From the NCBI GenBank assembly GCA_039805985.1, contig JBDLSY010000105.1:1-25647 (forward strand): 25,647 nucleotides of DNA. The letters are read 5' to 3'. The notes below the pieces were generated by a model, which had not been told where the DNA came from, searched no databases, and worked only from the letters and a program-made list of their open reading frames with translations. Of the stretch, positions 1-9,804 are shown one piece after another. Position 1 is the first letter of the stretch, and every line of letters starts with the position of its first letter. The DNA comes from Pseudomonadota bacterium (lineage in GTDB: Bacteria > Pseudomonadota > Gammaproteobacteria > Burkholderiales > Burkholderiaceae_C). Position numbers and translations under genes: made by a program.

Positions 1-419
1 ACATGGTCATTTGGGTGTAAAAATTCATACTCCCCTTTAGCATGCCCCATTAATTCTAAGCCACGGTTGGCAATAACTTCATTAGCGTTCATATTAGTAC
101 TAGTACCTGCCCCGCCTTGTATGACATCGACCACAAATTGTTCGTGTAAGTTACCTGCAATGAGTTCGTCACAGGCAGCAATAATCGCTTTGGCATGCAT
201 ACTATTTAAAGTGCCTAGCTCAAAATTTGCTTGTGTTGCTGCTTTTTTAACATGCGCTAAAGCGACGATTAAATCAGAGCAAGAGCCTATTTTTGAACCC
301 GTAATCGGGAAATTTTCTAAAGCACGTAATGTGTGTACACCCCAATAAGCTGCGCTAGGAATGTTGCGTTCACCTAAAAAATCATGTTCTAAACGGGTAT
401 TGGTTGTAGTGGTAATCAT
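1..419 (-). CDS. aspA: Aspartate ammonia-lyase (aspartase), N-terminal part; runs off the left edge
   Basis: Not in ORF track. Manual translation from ATG at 419: [41 protein letters not shown]...[47 protein letters not shown]; GGAGTSxNMNANE and HPNDHV are aspartase/fumarase-superfamily motifs and the 'EHDFLGE...[13 protein letters not shown]' start is aspartase-like; AAGGA SD upstream. Confidence 0.9.
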   Translation of the reverse strand, partial: [139 protein letters not shown]

Positions 420-430
420 ATTGATCCTTG

Positions 431-470
431 AAAAAAACTATAAAAAACTATAAAAAATTATAAAAAATAA
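431..470. repeat. 10-bp tandem array (T/A)AAAAAA(C/T)TA x4, phased A-tracts
   Basis: aaaaaaacta taaaaaacta taaaaaatta taaaaaataa read directly. Confidence 0.85.
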
Positions 471-563
471 AATGAATAAAGCAAAAAATTAAATAAAAGC
501 TAAATAAATATGAAAGTAAATATGAAACAGTGCTTTACTTAAAAAATGATTTTAAGGCTTAAT

Positions 564-593
564 AATAAAAATAGAATAAAAATAGAATAAAAA
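564..593. repeat. 11-bp tandem repeat AATAAAAATAG x2.7
   Basis: Copies at 564-574, 575-585, partial 586-593. Confidence 0.75.
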
Positions 594-688
594 GTATTCA
601 TTTATTCACAAAGTGTAATGCTTTAAATATATATTTATAGACTGTTTACATGGCTATAAGTAATGCCATGCTTTAAAATTGAAAAATT

Positions 689-2074
689 ATGACTTCTACA
701 GCGACCTCAACAGACGAATCAATCAATCAATTTAACAATACAAGTACTGTTTTGTTAGATAATCTGCCCCATACAACAGGGTTGTTGTATTATTTTAAAC
801 ACAAGCGTATTAGCGATTATATATTTGCCTTATTTGCCCTAAGTGCGGCATTTTATTGGCTTATTGTCAATACTAATATAAATATTTATGACCAATCTAT
901 TTTAGTGGGTGTGACATTAAGTAGTGTTGCACTGGGTTGGGCATGGCGACCTTTGCAAGTATTAATGGCTGCGGTGGCTCTATTGTCTGTATGGGCAGTT
1001 CATTTATATGCTGGGCAACTAAACAATGCCGAACAGGTTTTTTTACTTAAATATGTATTGAATAGCCAGCGTACAATTGCGTTTATGGGGATTAGCTTTG
1101 TATTGTCATTGTGTGCTTATTGGTTAGGGCTGCTGGCATATAAGCCCCGTGCATTGTGGACAGGGACAGCCTTATCGTGGATTGCGATAGGGTTTGGTTT
1201 TTTGGGTCTAATGATGCGCTGGCACGAAAGCCATTTATTGGGTGCAGATATTGGCCATATTCCAGTCAGTAATTTATATGAAGTATTTATATTGTTTGCC
1301 TTATTAACGGCAGCTTTTTATTTGTATTATGAGGATAAATATCAAACCCGTGCGTTGGGCGGTTTTGTGATGTTAGTCGTAGTCGCTGCAGTAGTGTTTT
1401 TGTTTTGGTACAGTATTGACCGTCAAGCACACGAAATAGCTCCTTTAGTACCTGCACTACAAAGTTGGTGGATGAAAATACACGTGCCTGCCAATTTTAT
1501 TGGTTATGGGACATTTAGTATGTCAGCGATGGTCGCATTTGCTTATTTAGTAAAATATTATGCCGAGCAAACGCAACATAAGTCATGGAATAGAGTTATA
1601 CCGTTATTTATTTTAGGGGTATTGTTGTTAATTGCACCCGTTATTTTTCGTAAAAATATAGATACTTTAGCTTTAGTATGGTGGTTAACTTATTTTGGTG
1701 TCAGTAGCTTGATTGTTGGTGGTATTTTATTAGCTCGCAGACGCATTGCCCAAGTATTGCCTGCTTTTGAAGTATTAGACGATATTATGTATAAATCAAT
1801 TGCGGTTGGTTTTGCATTTTTTACCGTTGCAACTATTTTAGGAGCCTTATGGGCTGCTGATGCGTGGGGTACTTATTGGCAATGGGATCCGAAAGAAACG
1901 TGGGCTTTAATTGTTTGGCTTAATTATGCGGCGTGGTTACATTTGCGTTTTATCAAAGGAATGCGTGGCGTTATTGCCAGTTACTGGGCATTAGTCGGTT
2001 TATTAATCACAAGTTTTGCTTTTTTAGGCGTTAATATGTGGCTAAGTGGCTTACACAGTTATGGTGCGTTATAA
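689..2074 (+). CDS. ccsA: Cytochrome c biogenesis system II heme-handling/cytochrome c synthase subunit CcsA (ResC)
   Basis: Multi-TM protein with PVSNLYE, WMKIHVP, WWD motif WGTYWQWDPKETW and C-terminal GLHSYG. Confidence 0.95.
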   Translation: MTSTATSTDESINQFNNTSTVLLDNLPHTTGLLYYFKHKRISDYIFALFALSAAFYWLIVNTNINIYDQSILVGVTLSSVALGWAWRPLQVLMAAVALLSVWAVHLYAGQLNNAEQVFLLKYVLNSQRTIAFMGISFVLSLCAYWLGLLAYKPRALWTGTALSWIAIGFGFLGLMMRWHESHLLGADIGHIPVSNLYEVFILFALLTAAFYLYYEDKYQTRALGGFVMLVVVAAVVFLFWYSIDRQAHEIAPLVPALQSWWMKIHVPANFIGYGTFSMSAMVAFAYLVKYYAEQTQHKSWNRVIPLFILGVLLLIAPVIFRKNIDTLALVWWLTYFGVSSLIVGGILLARRRIAQVLPAFEVLDDIMYKSIAVGFAFFTVATILGALWAADAWGTYWQWDPKETWALIVWLNYAAWLHLRFIKGMRGVIASYWALVGLLITSFAFLGVNMWLSGLHSYGAL

Positions 2075-2190
2075 ACTTTATTAAGTTTATTAAAAACGAC
2101 ATATTTTTTATATAATTTTATATTTATTTTTATATTTATTTTAAACTTTTCTGTTTTCTATTTCTTCTATCAATAATATAGGATATTACG

Positions 2191-3129
2191 ATGACTACTT
2201 TAAGTTTGCCGACTGCTTCGCGTGCTTTATCAATGGGTACAACCAGCTTAAACACTTTGATGTCAGGGCTTGTGTCTTCGGCACATGGCAGTATTGAAGC
2301 CTACATTAGTGCGGTGAATAAAACACCTTTGTTGTCCTTAGAAGAAGAGCAAATTTTAGCCAGACGCTTGCGTGACCAAGATGATTTAGAAGCGGCTCAA
2401 CGCTTAGTCATATCCCATTTACGGTTAGTCGTTAGTACGGCACGCAGTTATTTAGGCTATGGATTGCCGCATGCTGATTTAATACAAGAGGGCAATGTAG
2501 GCTTAATGAAAGCTGTACGTCGCTTTGATGCCGATCGTGGTGTTCGCTTGGTTAGCTTTGCTTTACACTGGATTCGTGCTGAAATTCATGAATATATTAT
2601 TAAAAACTGGCGTATGGTCAAAGTAGCCACTACTAAAGCCCAACGAAAGTTGTTTTTTAACTTACGTAGCTTAAAAGCTGCTACAGAAGCTAATCGTATT
2701 GGCGATGAGCAAGGCCGTATTGGCTTATTTGAGCACGATGTGCAGCACATCGCTAAATCTTTAAATGTTGCTGAATCAGATGTACGCGAAATGGATGTTC
2801 GCATGAACGGTGCTGATGTTTTACTTGACCCAGTCAATGAAGATGGTGAAGCAATCTTTGCGCCAATCACGTGGTTAGAAGATGAGCGTACCGAACCTAC
2901 ACAGGTTATGGCACGTAAAGAACGTGAAAATTTAGTGACAGTAGGTGTGCCCAATGCTTTAGTGCAGTTAGACAAGCGTAGTCAAAGAATTGTTAAAAGT
3001 CGCTGGTTAGCTGCAGAGGGTAAATCTTTAACACTACACGACTTAGCAGCCGAATTTAATGTCAGTGCTGAAAGAATTCGACAAATTGAAGCGGCTGCCT
3101 TAAAAAAAATGCGTCTATTAATGAGTTAA
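2191..3129 (+). CDS. rpoH: RNA polymerase sigma-32 factor RpoH
   Basis: Sigma70 region 2 (DLIQEGNVGLMKAV), RpoH box QRKLFFNLR, region 4 (TLHDLAAEFNVSAERIRQIE); AGGA SD upstream. Confidence 0.96.
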   Translation: MTTLSLPTASRALSMGTTSLNTLMSGLVSSAHGSIEAYISAVNKTPLLSLEEEQILARRLRDQDDLEAAQRLVISHLRLVVSTARSYLGYGLPHADLIQEGNVGLMKAVRRFDADRGVRLVSFALHWIRAEIHEYIIKNWRMVKVATTKAQRKLFFNLRSLKAATEANRIGDEQGRIGLFEHDVQHIAKSLNVAESDVREMDVRMNGADVLLDPVNEDGEAIFAPITWLEDERTEPTQVMARKERENLVTVGVPNALVQLDKRSQRIVKSRWLAAEGKSLTLHDLAAEFNVSAERIRQIEAAALKKMRLLMS

Positions 3130-3200
3130 ACCTAGGGCTTATACACAAACAAGTTGCTTGACTACTTTTGCGTGAGTTTTAAAACAAGCACGAACTAAAA

Positions 3201-4277
<1,077 letters not shown>

Positions 4278-4290
4278 TTATTAATCAAAT

Positions 4291-4923
4291 TCAATACGTT
4301 TTAATAATTGTTTGTGCAAGCGATCGTATTTTTGCATCAGGGCTGTGTTTTAAAACAAGTTCGGCATTGAGACGGGTCTGTTCTAGCGAATTTAAAAATG
4401 CTTGGTCTTGCGAGATTGTTGTAGGTATAACTGCAGAATATATGACAGGTGGCGTACGATCAACCCAGTGGAAAATAGCCAATGAAATGAAAGTCACTAA
4501 TACAGTGGTGATTATCGTGTAATAAGACAATAATTTGACTATGACACGGTTATCTTTAAGTTTCCAGCCTAATCCCGCAATGGTTAAAATAAGCCCTAAA
4601 GGGGTTACCCAACTGGCGATAGGCACTTTGGGGAAAGTAATGTGTTGTATTGCCCCTGTGAAAAATCCAATGCCTAGCGATAAAAAAATACTAATTAATA
4701 ATATATCTAATACAGATTCACTGGGAGCGTCACCTTGTGCAGCTAGATATTCATCAATAAAATTACCAATAATAAATAAACTAATACCGATTGTAGCGAC
4801 GATGAGCGAGCGTATATGACGGTCGAAAAAGCCATTATTAACTGAACCTGATATAAGCGAACCGCCTGTGCATTTGCATAATAAAGCGAGATGACGTAGT
4901 TGAAATGTGCTGATATGATACAT
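4291..4923 (-). CDS. Hypothetical 4-5 TM membrane protein with degenerate DUF305-like C-terminal helices
   Basis: 210-aa ORF with several hydrophobic segments; C-terminal DQAFLNSL...AELVLKHSPDAKIRSLAQTII resembles DUF305 (ferritin-like) helix pattern but lacks the HH motif. Confidence 0.6.
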   Translation of the reverse strand: MYHISTFQLRHLALLCKCTGGSLISGSVNNGFFDRHIRSLIVATIGISLFIIGNFIDEYLAAQGDAPSESVLDILLISIFLSLGIGFFTGAIQHITFPKVPIASWVTPLGLILTIAGLGWKLKDNRVIVKLLSYYTIITTVLVTFISLAIFHWVDRTPPVIYSAVIPTTISQDQAFLNSLEQTRLNAELVLKHSPDAKIRSLAQTIIKTY

Positions 4924-5023
4924 ATTAGATGATTTAGGTATGATTATTAATATTACCGCTAGTTACCAAAGCTATGGGTAATAATCAAACAATTGTTACG
5001 ATTTTTTTATTTAAAATGGCATT

Positions 5024-7273
5024 ATGAACACATTAACGACAATCCCTGTACCCTCTACATCTATTTTAAATAAAGACAGCATTCATCGCAATGAAGCAAT
5101 TAATAACGAAGCAATAAACGAAATAATAAATGGAACTATAAATAAAATTATAAATGAAACTGAATTAACGCCTTCTCCTAATACACTTGGTTTACGCTTA
5201 AAAACAAATAAAAATAGCCTAAATGAAGCTGTTGAGTTATTGTCCTCTATGCGATTTTCTATCGCCTTATTAATGTTGGTAGCCTCTGCCAGTGTGATAG
5301 GTACAGTCGTTGAGCAAAATAAACCATGGGTCAATTATGTGAATCAGTTTGGAGTATTTTGGGCAGAAATATTACAAAATCTAGGTGTATTTTCAGTCTA
5401 TAACGCGTGGTGGTTTTTATTAATAATGGCTTTTTTAGTGGTGTCTTTGGTATTATGTTTGTTACGAAATGTGCCTTCTATGTTGCGAGAAATGCGTAGT
5501 TTTAAGGAACGTATGGGGCGTGCTGGGGTGTTAGCACACCCTCATCGCGGTCAAAGTATTCAGCCTGCTAATTTATTAGACACACACAGTGCTGTCATCG
5601 CTCATTTAAAACAAGCGGGTTATCGTTTTAATAGTCAATTACGTGGCGATACACTCACTGAACAAATGATTGCCGCTAAAAAAGGTACGACTAATCGCTG
5701 GGGATATATTTTAGCCCACAGTGGAATGGTGATTGTTTTAGTCGGTGGGCTTTTAGACAGTGAATTACCGTTAAGATTAGTCGGTTTAGTTCGTGGGGCA
5801 GTCCCTGTACAAGACAATCAATTCATTTCGCAAGTTCAATCGGTGAGCCGTTTACCATTAAATAACCCTAGTTACCGAGCCAATGTTTTAATACCCGAAG
5901 GTGCGAGTACACGCAATGCGGTGGTTAATTATCAAGACGGTGTACTAGTTCAACCATTGCCATTTGAATTAACACTAAAAAAATTCAATGTTGAATATTA
6001 TTCAACAGGAATGCCAAAATTATTTACTAGTGATGTGATTGTTCGCGACCCTGATACCGGTGAAAGTTTTGAAAAAAGAATTATTGTCAATGAACCCTTA
6101 AACTACAAGGGTGTAACGGTTTATCAAAGTAGTTTTGATGACGGTGGCAGTCGCTTACAACTCAAAGCTTATCCATTAATAGGGCAAAAAAACGATACTT
6201 TTGCGTTAAAAGGCATTGTTGGCAACAATATTTTATTAGCCGATCGCTCTGCTTTAACTGTAGAATTGTCAGCGTATCGGCCTATTAATGTAGAAGATTT
6301 TTCTAACACAGCTTTAACTAAGTCTTCGACTGTATCCGATAATTTGAATACTGTATTAGGTGTGCCTGCCCCCCGCAATAAACATTTGCGTAACGTAGGA
6401 CCTTCCGTTATGTATAAATTACGCGACAGTGCAGGTCAAGCAAAAGAATACCATGCGTATCAATTACCGATTAAATTAGGTGATGATGGGCAAATTGATG
6501 AATCAGCACAAGCTATATTACTACTGGGTATGCGAAATACGCCCAGTGAAGCCTTTAAGTTTATACGTTTTCCAGCTGATGAAAATGGCACAGCATTAGA
6601 ATATATGCGCTTAAGAGCTGCGTTGGCTAACCCGACTATACAACAGCGTGCAGCAGCGGCCTTTGCTTTAAAAAGTGCTACTGGAGAAGGGCGAAGTATT
6701 GAATCAAGACAGCAACTACAAATGAGTGCTGAAAAAGCTTTAAGTATGTTTGCTGGCACAGCTCAATCAGGTGGTTTTACGGCAATTGCGGCATTTATTG
6801 ATAAAAATGTGCCTAAAGCACAAGCAGAAACTATGGCAATGGTTATTTTAAGAGTGTTGTCGGGCGTTACGTGGGACGTATGGCAGCAAGCAAGAGTTGA
6901 AGCAGGATTGCCTATTTTAAATAACACAGAAGCCAATCAATTGTTTTTACAAACTGCTTTAACGGCATACAGTGATAGTTTTTTACTAGGTTCGCCTTTT
7001 ATACTTCAACTAGAAGAGGCACAACATAAACAAGCTAGCGTATTTCAAGTCACCAAAAGTCCAGGTAAGTCAATTGTTTATTTAGGGGCTTTACTATTAG
7101 TAGCAGGTATATTTGCTATGTTTTATATCCGTGAGTGTCGTTTATGGGTATGGTTAAAAGTAATTGATGAAAATAATACTGATGTTGTATGGGCCTTATC
7201 TGCACCTAAGCGTGGTTTAGCTTTTAAAAATGAATATGTACATTGGCAGCGTATTTTAGGTAACAAAGCATAA
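5024..7273 (+). CDS. resB: Cytochrome c biogenesis system II protein ResB (CcsB/Ccs1)
   Basis: LLSSMRFSIALL...ASVIGTVVEQ, VYNAWWF, conserved His in YILAHSG, FxVEYYSTGMPKLFTSD, VNEPLNYKGVTVYQSSFDDGGS, SVFQVTKSPGKSIVYLG. Exact start uncertain (Asn/Ile-rich N-terminal extension). Confidence 0.95.
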   Translation: MNTLTTIPVPSTSILNKDSIHRNEAINNEAINEIINGTINKIINETELTPSPNTLGLRLKTNKNSLNEAVELLSSMRFSIALLMLVASASVIGTVVEQNKPWVNYVNQFGVFWAEILQNLGVFSVYNAWWFLLIMAFLVVSLVLCLLRNVPSMLREMRSFKERMGRAGVLAHPHRGQSIQPANLLDTHSAVIAHLKQAGYRFNSQLRGDTLTEQMIAAKKGTTNRWGYILAHSGMVIVLVGGLLDSELPLRLVGLVRGAVPVQDNQFISQVQSVSRLPLNNPSYRANVLIPEGASTRNAVVNYQDGVLVQPLPFELTLKKFNVEYYSTGMPKLFTSDVIVRDPDTGESFEKRIIVNEPLNYKGVTVYQSSFDDGGSRLQLKAYPLIGQKNDTFALKGIVGNNILLADRSALTVELSAYRPINVEDFSNTALTKSSTVSDNLNTVLGVPAPRNKHLRNVGPSVMYKLRDSAGQAKEYHAYQLPIKLGDDGQIDESAQAILLLGMRNTPSEAFKFIRFPADENGTALEYMRLRAALANPTIQQRAAAAFALKSATGEGRSIESRQQLQMSAEKALSMFAGTAQSGGFTAIAAFIDKNVPKAQAETMAMVILRVLSGVTWDVWQQARVEAGLPILNNTEANQLFLQTALTAYSDSFLLGSPFILQLEEAQHKQASVFQVTKSPGKSIVYLGALLLVAGIFAMFYIRECRLWVWLKVIDENNTDVVWALSAPKRGLAFKNEYVHWQRILGNKA

Positions 7274-7274
7274 T

Positions 7275-7856
7275 ATGAAGCCTACACTTAATCCGACATG
7301 GCTAGACGGTTTACCTCGTTGGGTCAGTCCAAATCACAATGCTAGACCCATCGGTAGTACCATAGACACAGTGGTAATACATAATATTTCTTTGCCACCT
7401 GAATCATTTGAACCGCGTTGGGTTAGGCGGTTATTTATGAATCAATTGCCACATTATCAGTTGCATCACCCTTATTTTTTTGAGATAGCTTATTTACGGG
7501 TATCTGCCCATTTTTATATATCACGGCGTGGACGAGTAATACAGTGTGTGGGTGTGCATCGCCGTGCTTGGCATGCAGGGCAATCATATTTGGTGACGCC
7601 GCAGGATACTCGTCATAATTTAAACGATACATCAATAGGCATTGAGTTAGCAGGTTCAGACTTTATTCCTTTCACCGAAGCACAATACGTGGCTTTATAC
7701 CGTTTGTTATTGCGTTTAAATAAATTACTGCCTCTACGTTACATCACAGGACACAGCAATATTGCACCATTACGAAAGACTGATCCTGGACCTTGTTTTG
7801 ATTGGATACGTATTCAAAAAAAACTCCCGATAAATTTGATAGCTTTGACTAAATAA
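7275..7856 (+). CDS. ampD: 1,6-anhydro-N-acetylmuramyl-L-alanine amidase AmpD
   Basis: VVIHNISLPP, VSAHF, RAWHAGQS, SIGIELAG, GHSNIAPLRKTDPGP: Zn ligands and catalytic Glu present. Confidence 0.95.
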   Translation: MKPTLNPTWLDGLPRWVSPNHNARPIGSTIDTVVIHNISLPPESFEPRWVRRLFMNQLPHYQLHHPYFFEIAYLRVSAHFYISRRGRVIQCVGVHRRAWHAGQSYLVTPQDTRHNLNDTSIGIELAGSDFIPFTEAQYVALYRLLLRLNKLLPLRYITGHSNIAPLRKTDPGPCFDWIRIQKKLPINLIALTK

Positions 7857-7873
7857 AAATAGTCGTTTATAAT
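7845..7873 (+). promoter_or_regulatory. Sigma70 promoter of the tRNA operon, overlapping the ampD stop codon
   Basis: TTGACT (7845-7850), 17-bp spacer, TATAAT (7868-7873), 30 bp upstream of tRNA-Ala. Confidence 0.8.
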
Positions 7874-7903
7874 ATGCACTATGATTAAAAAGTATAGATG
7901 TTA

Positions 7904-7979
<76 letters not shown>

Positions 7980-8051
7980 AGTACTTTTTAGATTACGGTT
8001 ATAGGTTATAATTATGTGGTAGATGGTAAATTGTTCAGTTTTTAAAGTTTG

Positions 8052-8127
8052 GTCCCCATCGTCTAGAGGCCTAGGACATCGCCCTTTCACGGCGGTAACC
8101 GGGGTTCGAATCCCCGTGGGGACGCCA
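8052..8127 (+). tRNA. tRNA-Glu(TTC)
   Basis: 76 nt GTCCCCATCGTCTAGAGGCCTAGGACATCGCCCTTTCACGGCGG...GGGGACGCCA. Confidence 0.97.
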
Positions 8128-8136
8128 TATAGATCA

Positions 8137-8213
8137 GGAGCGGTAGTTCAGTTGGTTAGAATACCGGCCTGTCACGCCGGGGGTCGCGGGTTCGAGTCCC
8201 GTCCGCTCCGCCA
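8137..8213 (+). tRNA. tRNA-Asp(GTC)
   Basis: 77 nt GGAGCGGTAGTTCAGTTGGTTAGAATACCGGCCTGTCACGCCGG...CCGCTCCGCCA. Confidence 0.97.
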
Positions 8214-8217
8214 AATG

Positions 8218-8260
8218 ATAAAAATCGTTACAAGTAATTTGCTTGTAACGATTTTTTATT
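8218..8260 (+). terminator. Intrinsic terminator after tRNA operon (A/T tracts both sides, possibly bidirectional)
   Basis: AAAAATCGTTACAAG-taatttg-CTTGTAACGATTTTT followed by T-rich run. Confidence 0.85.
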
Positions 8261-8361
8261 TTTTTCTATCTCTTTTTCGCTTCTTATTTTTTACCTGCAT
8301 TGTTTTACCAATAGAGAAAGTAATTTTTCTAAAAAAGCTTTATTTGAATTATTTTAGTGTT

Positions 8362-8398
8362 TAAAAAACCCCGCAATTTTTATTTGCGAGGCTTTTTA
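8362..8398 (-). terminator. Intrinsic terminator downstream of phasin gene
   Basis: AAAAAACCCCGCAA-ttttta-TTTGCGAGGCTTTTT imperfect hairpin; on minus strand followed by T6, ~18 bp after the stop. Confidence 0.7.
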
Positions 8399-8415
8399 GC
8401 GAAGCTTAATTTAAA

Positions 8416-8991
8416 TTAAGCAATTTTCTTTACGGTGGCAGTCGCTTTTGCTGCAACGTTAGCTACGGGTGTTGTAATTGCTGTCAAAGCATTGTCAAAC
8501 AATTTAGTAACTTGTGTTTCATAATTAGCTTGTGCGGTTTTGACATGATTCGCTACTTGTTCAAATACACTAACAATCGATTGCGAGGCATTTTTGGCCA
8601 TACCAACAAAGGGCTCACCTTCGTTAGACATTTTTTTAATGCTTGTATCAACCGCACTATTGGCTTCAGTAGCAAACGCTTGGTAGCTCTCTTGAACTTT
8701 AGCTGTTAATTCTTTTTGTGCTGCTAAAGTTAAATTAAATAATTGTTGTGCATGCTTAATCATTGATTCAGCGACAGGTTGTACGTTATTTTGGATAGAC
8801 TGTGCATTGGCTGCTAAATCTTTATTTGTTGTCAAATTTTCAAATTGAGTTTTAACTGTATCTGCTTGGCTTTGTAACCAATTTTGTTGTGCTGCCGCAA
8901 TTTTGGCTGTATGGGCTGTAAATACTTTAGCAAATTCATTTGATTGTTTTGATAAAGCTGCTTGAGCTTGTGTAAAATTAAATGTGTTCAT
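8416..8991 (-). CDS. phaP: Phasin (PHA granule-associated protein)
   Basis: 191 aa Ala/Gln-rich amphipathic helical protein with betaproteobacterial phasin pattern (QPVAESMIKHAQQLFNL, Ala/Lys/Thr-rich tail); own promoter, operator-like palindrome and terminator. Confidence 0.8.
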   Translation of the reverse strand: MNTFNFTQAQAALSKQSNEFAKVFTAHTAKIAAAQQNWLQSQADTVKTQFENLTTNKDLAANAQSIQNNVQPVAESMIKHAQQLFNLTLAAQKELTAKVQESYQAFATEANSAVDTSIKKMSNEGEPFVGMAKNASQSIVSVFEQVANHVKTAQANYETQVTKLFDNALTAITTPVANVAAKATATVKKIA

Positions 8992-9089
8992 GTTGATTAT
9001 TACCCTAGTGTTTTTGTAAAATTACAAATCATGAGTTGTACACCTATAGATTTGTAGCAGTACACATTGTGTTGTGTTTTGATTTTTAA

Positions 9090-9106
9090 ATGTTGCGGTG
9101 CAACAT
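9090..9106. promoter_or_regulatory. Putative PhaR-type operator, perfect inverted repeat ATGTTGC-GGT-GCAACAT
   Basis: 7-bp perfect arms with TGC-N3-GCA core at the predicted phasin transcription start. Confidence 0.6.
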
Positions 9107-9112
9107 AAGTAG

Positions 9113-9141
9113 ACTATAGCAACTTTTTTCAGTGTATGCAA
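9113..9141 (-). promoter_or_regulatory. Sigma70 promoter of phasin gene
   Basis: Minus strand TTGCAT (9141-9136), 17-bp spacer, TATAGT (9118-9113). Confidence 0.6.
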
Positions 9142-9258
9142 GTCACTTTATGAATGCACAATAATACGTATTAATATTGATTACCATTTAGGTTTAGTAT
9201 TCTTTATTTATAACAATAAATAATACTAAATATTACAGTAAAGTTAATAAAGGCTAAT

Positions 9259-9804
9259 ATGTCATTCAATTTGAATCGTGTGCAGTACTCAAGCCATACA
9301 CAGTACGATAGCTTATTACGGTTGTTACTCACACATGATGGTTCAACGACTCGGTTGTGTGGTGCTGTCAATAATAATGCTATGGTTATTTACTTACACG
9401 AACAATATGTTCTTAGCACGACTGAATCTGTTTTATCACCGTTAGCGAATGAATTAAATACTACTTTAGGTGGCACGCATTGGTTACAACGAATAACTAG
9501 CTTGCACAATGCTGATGGTGATGTGTTTATGGATAATCTTAGCTTTACAAGGCTTGATGCCGTACCTACTTGGTTTTTAAACGCACTTAATGAGGGAAAA
9601 ATGCCGATAGGCAAACTGTTAGACCAGCTATTTATTCAACGTAAACCCGTTGATACCAGTTCATCTTTACAGGCTTTGTTATGGAATACAGTAGGACTAA
9701 CTGACCAACGGGCAAGCCGTAGCTATAAAATCACAACACCAGACAACGCTTTTATGTTGATTTTTGAGGTGTTTCGTGATGCAGTACGGTTTAAATTGAC
9801 TTAA
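9259..9804 (+). CDS. Chorismate pyruvate-lyase (UbiC/DUF98-like) family protein
   Basis: LLLTHDGSTTRLC, LQRITSL, PIGKLL, RASRSYKI, LIFEVF match UbiC-like fold motifs; divergent so no symbol assigned. Confidence 0.6.
   Translation: MSFNLNRVQYSSHTQYDSLLRLLLTHDGSTTRLCGAVNNNAMVIYLHEQYVLSTTESVLSPLANELNTTLGGTHWLQRITSLHNADGDVFMDNLSFTRLDAVPTWFLNALNEGKMPIGKLLDQLFIQRKPVDTSSSLQALLWNTVGLTDQRASRSYKITTPDNAFMLIFEVFRDAVRFKLT

Noticed and set aside
67-348. 93-aa plus-strand ORF
   Set aside because: Antisense shadow of aspA.
3152-3196. Possible bidirectional terminator between rpoH and hemB
   Set aside because: Only a short interrupted stem (TGCTTG/CAAGCA) with a loop over 20 nt.
8023-8364. 113-aa ORF over the tRNA cluster
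   Set aside because: Translates tRNA-Glu, tRNA-Asp and the terminator; spurious.
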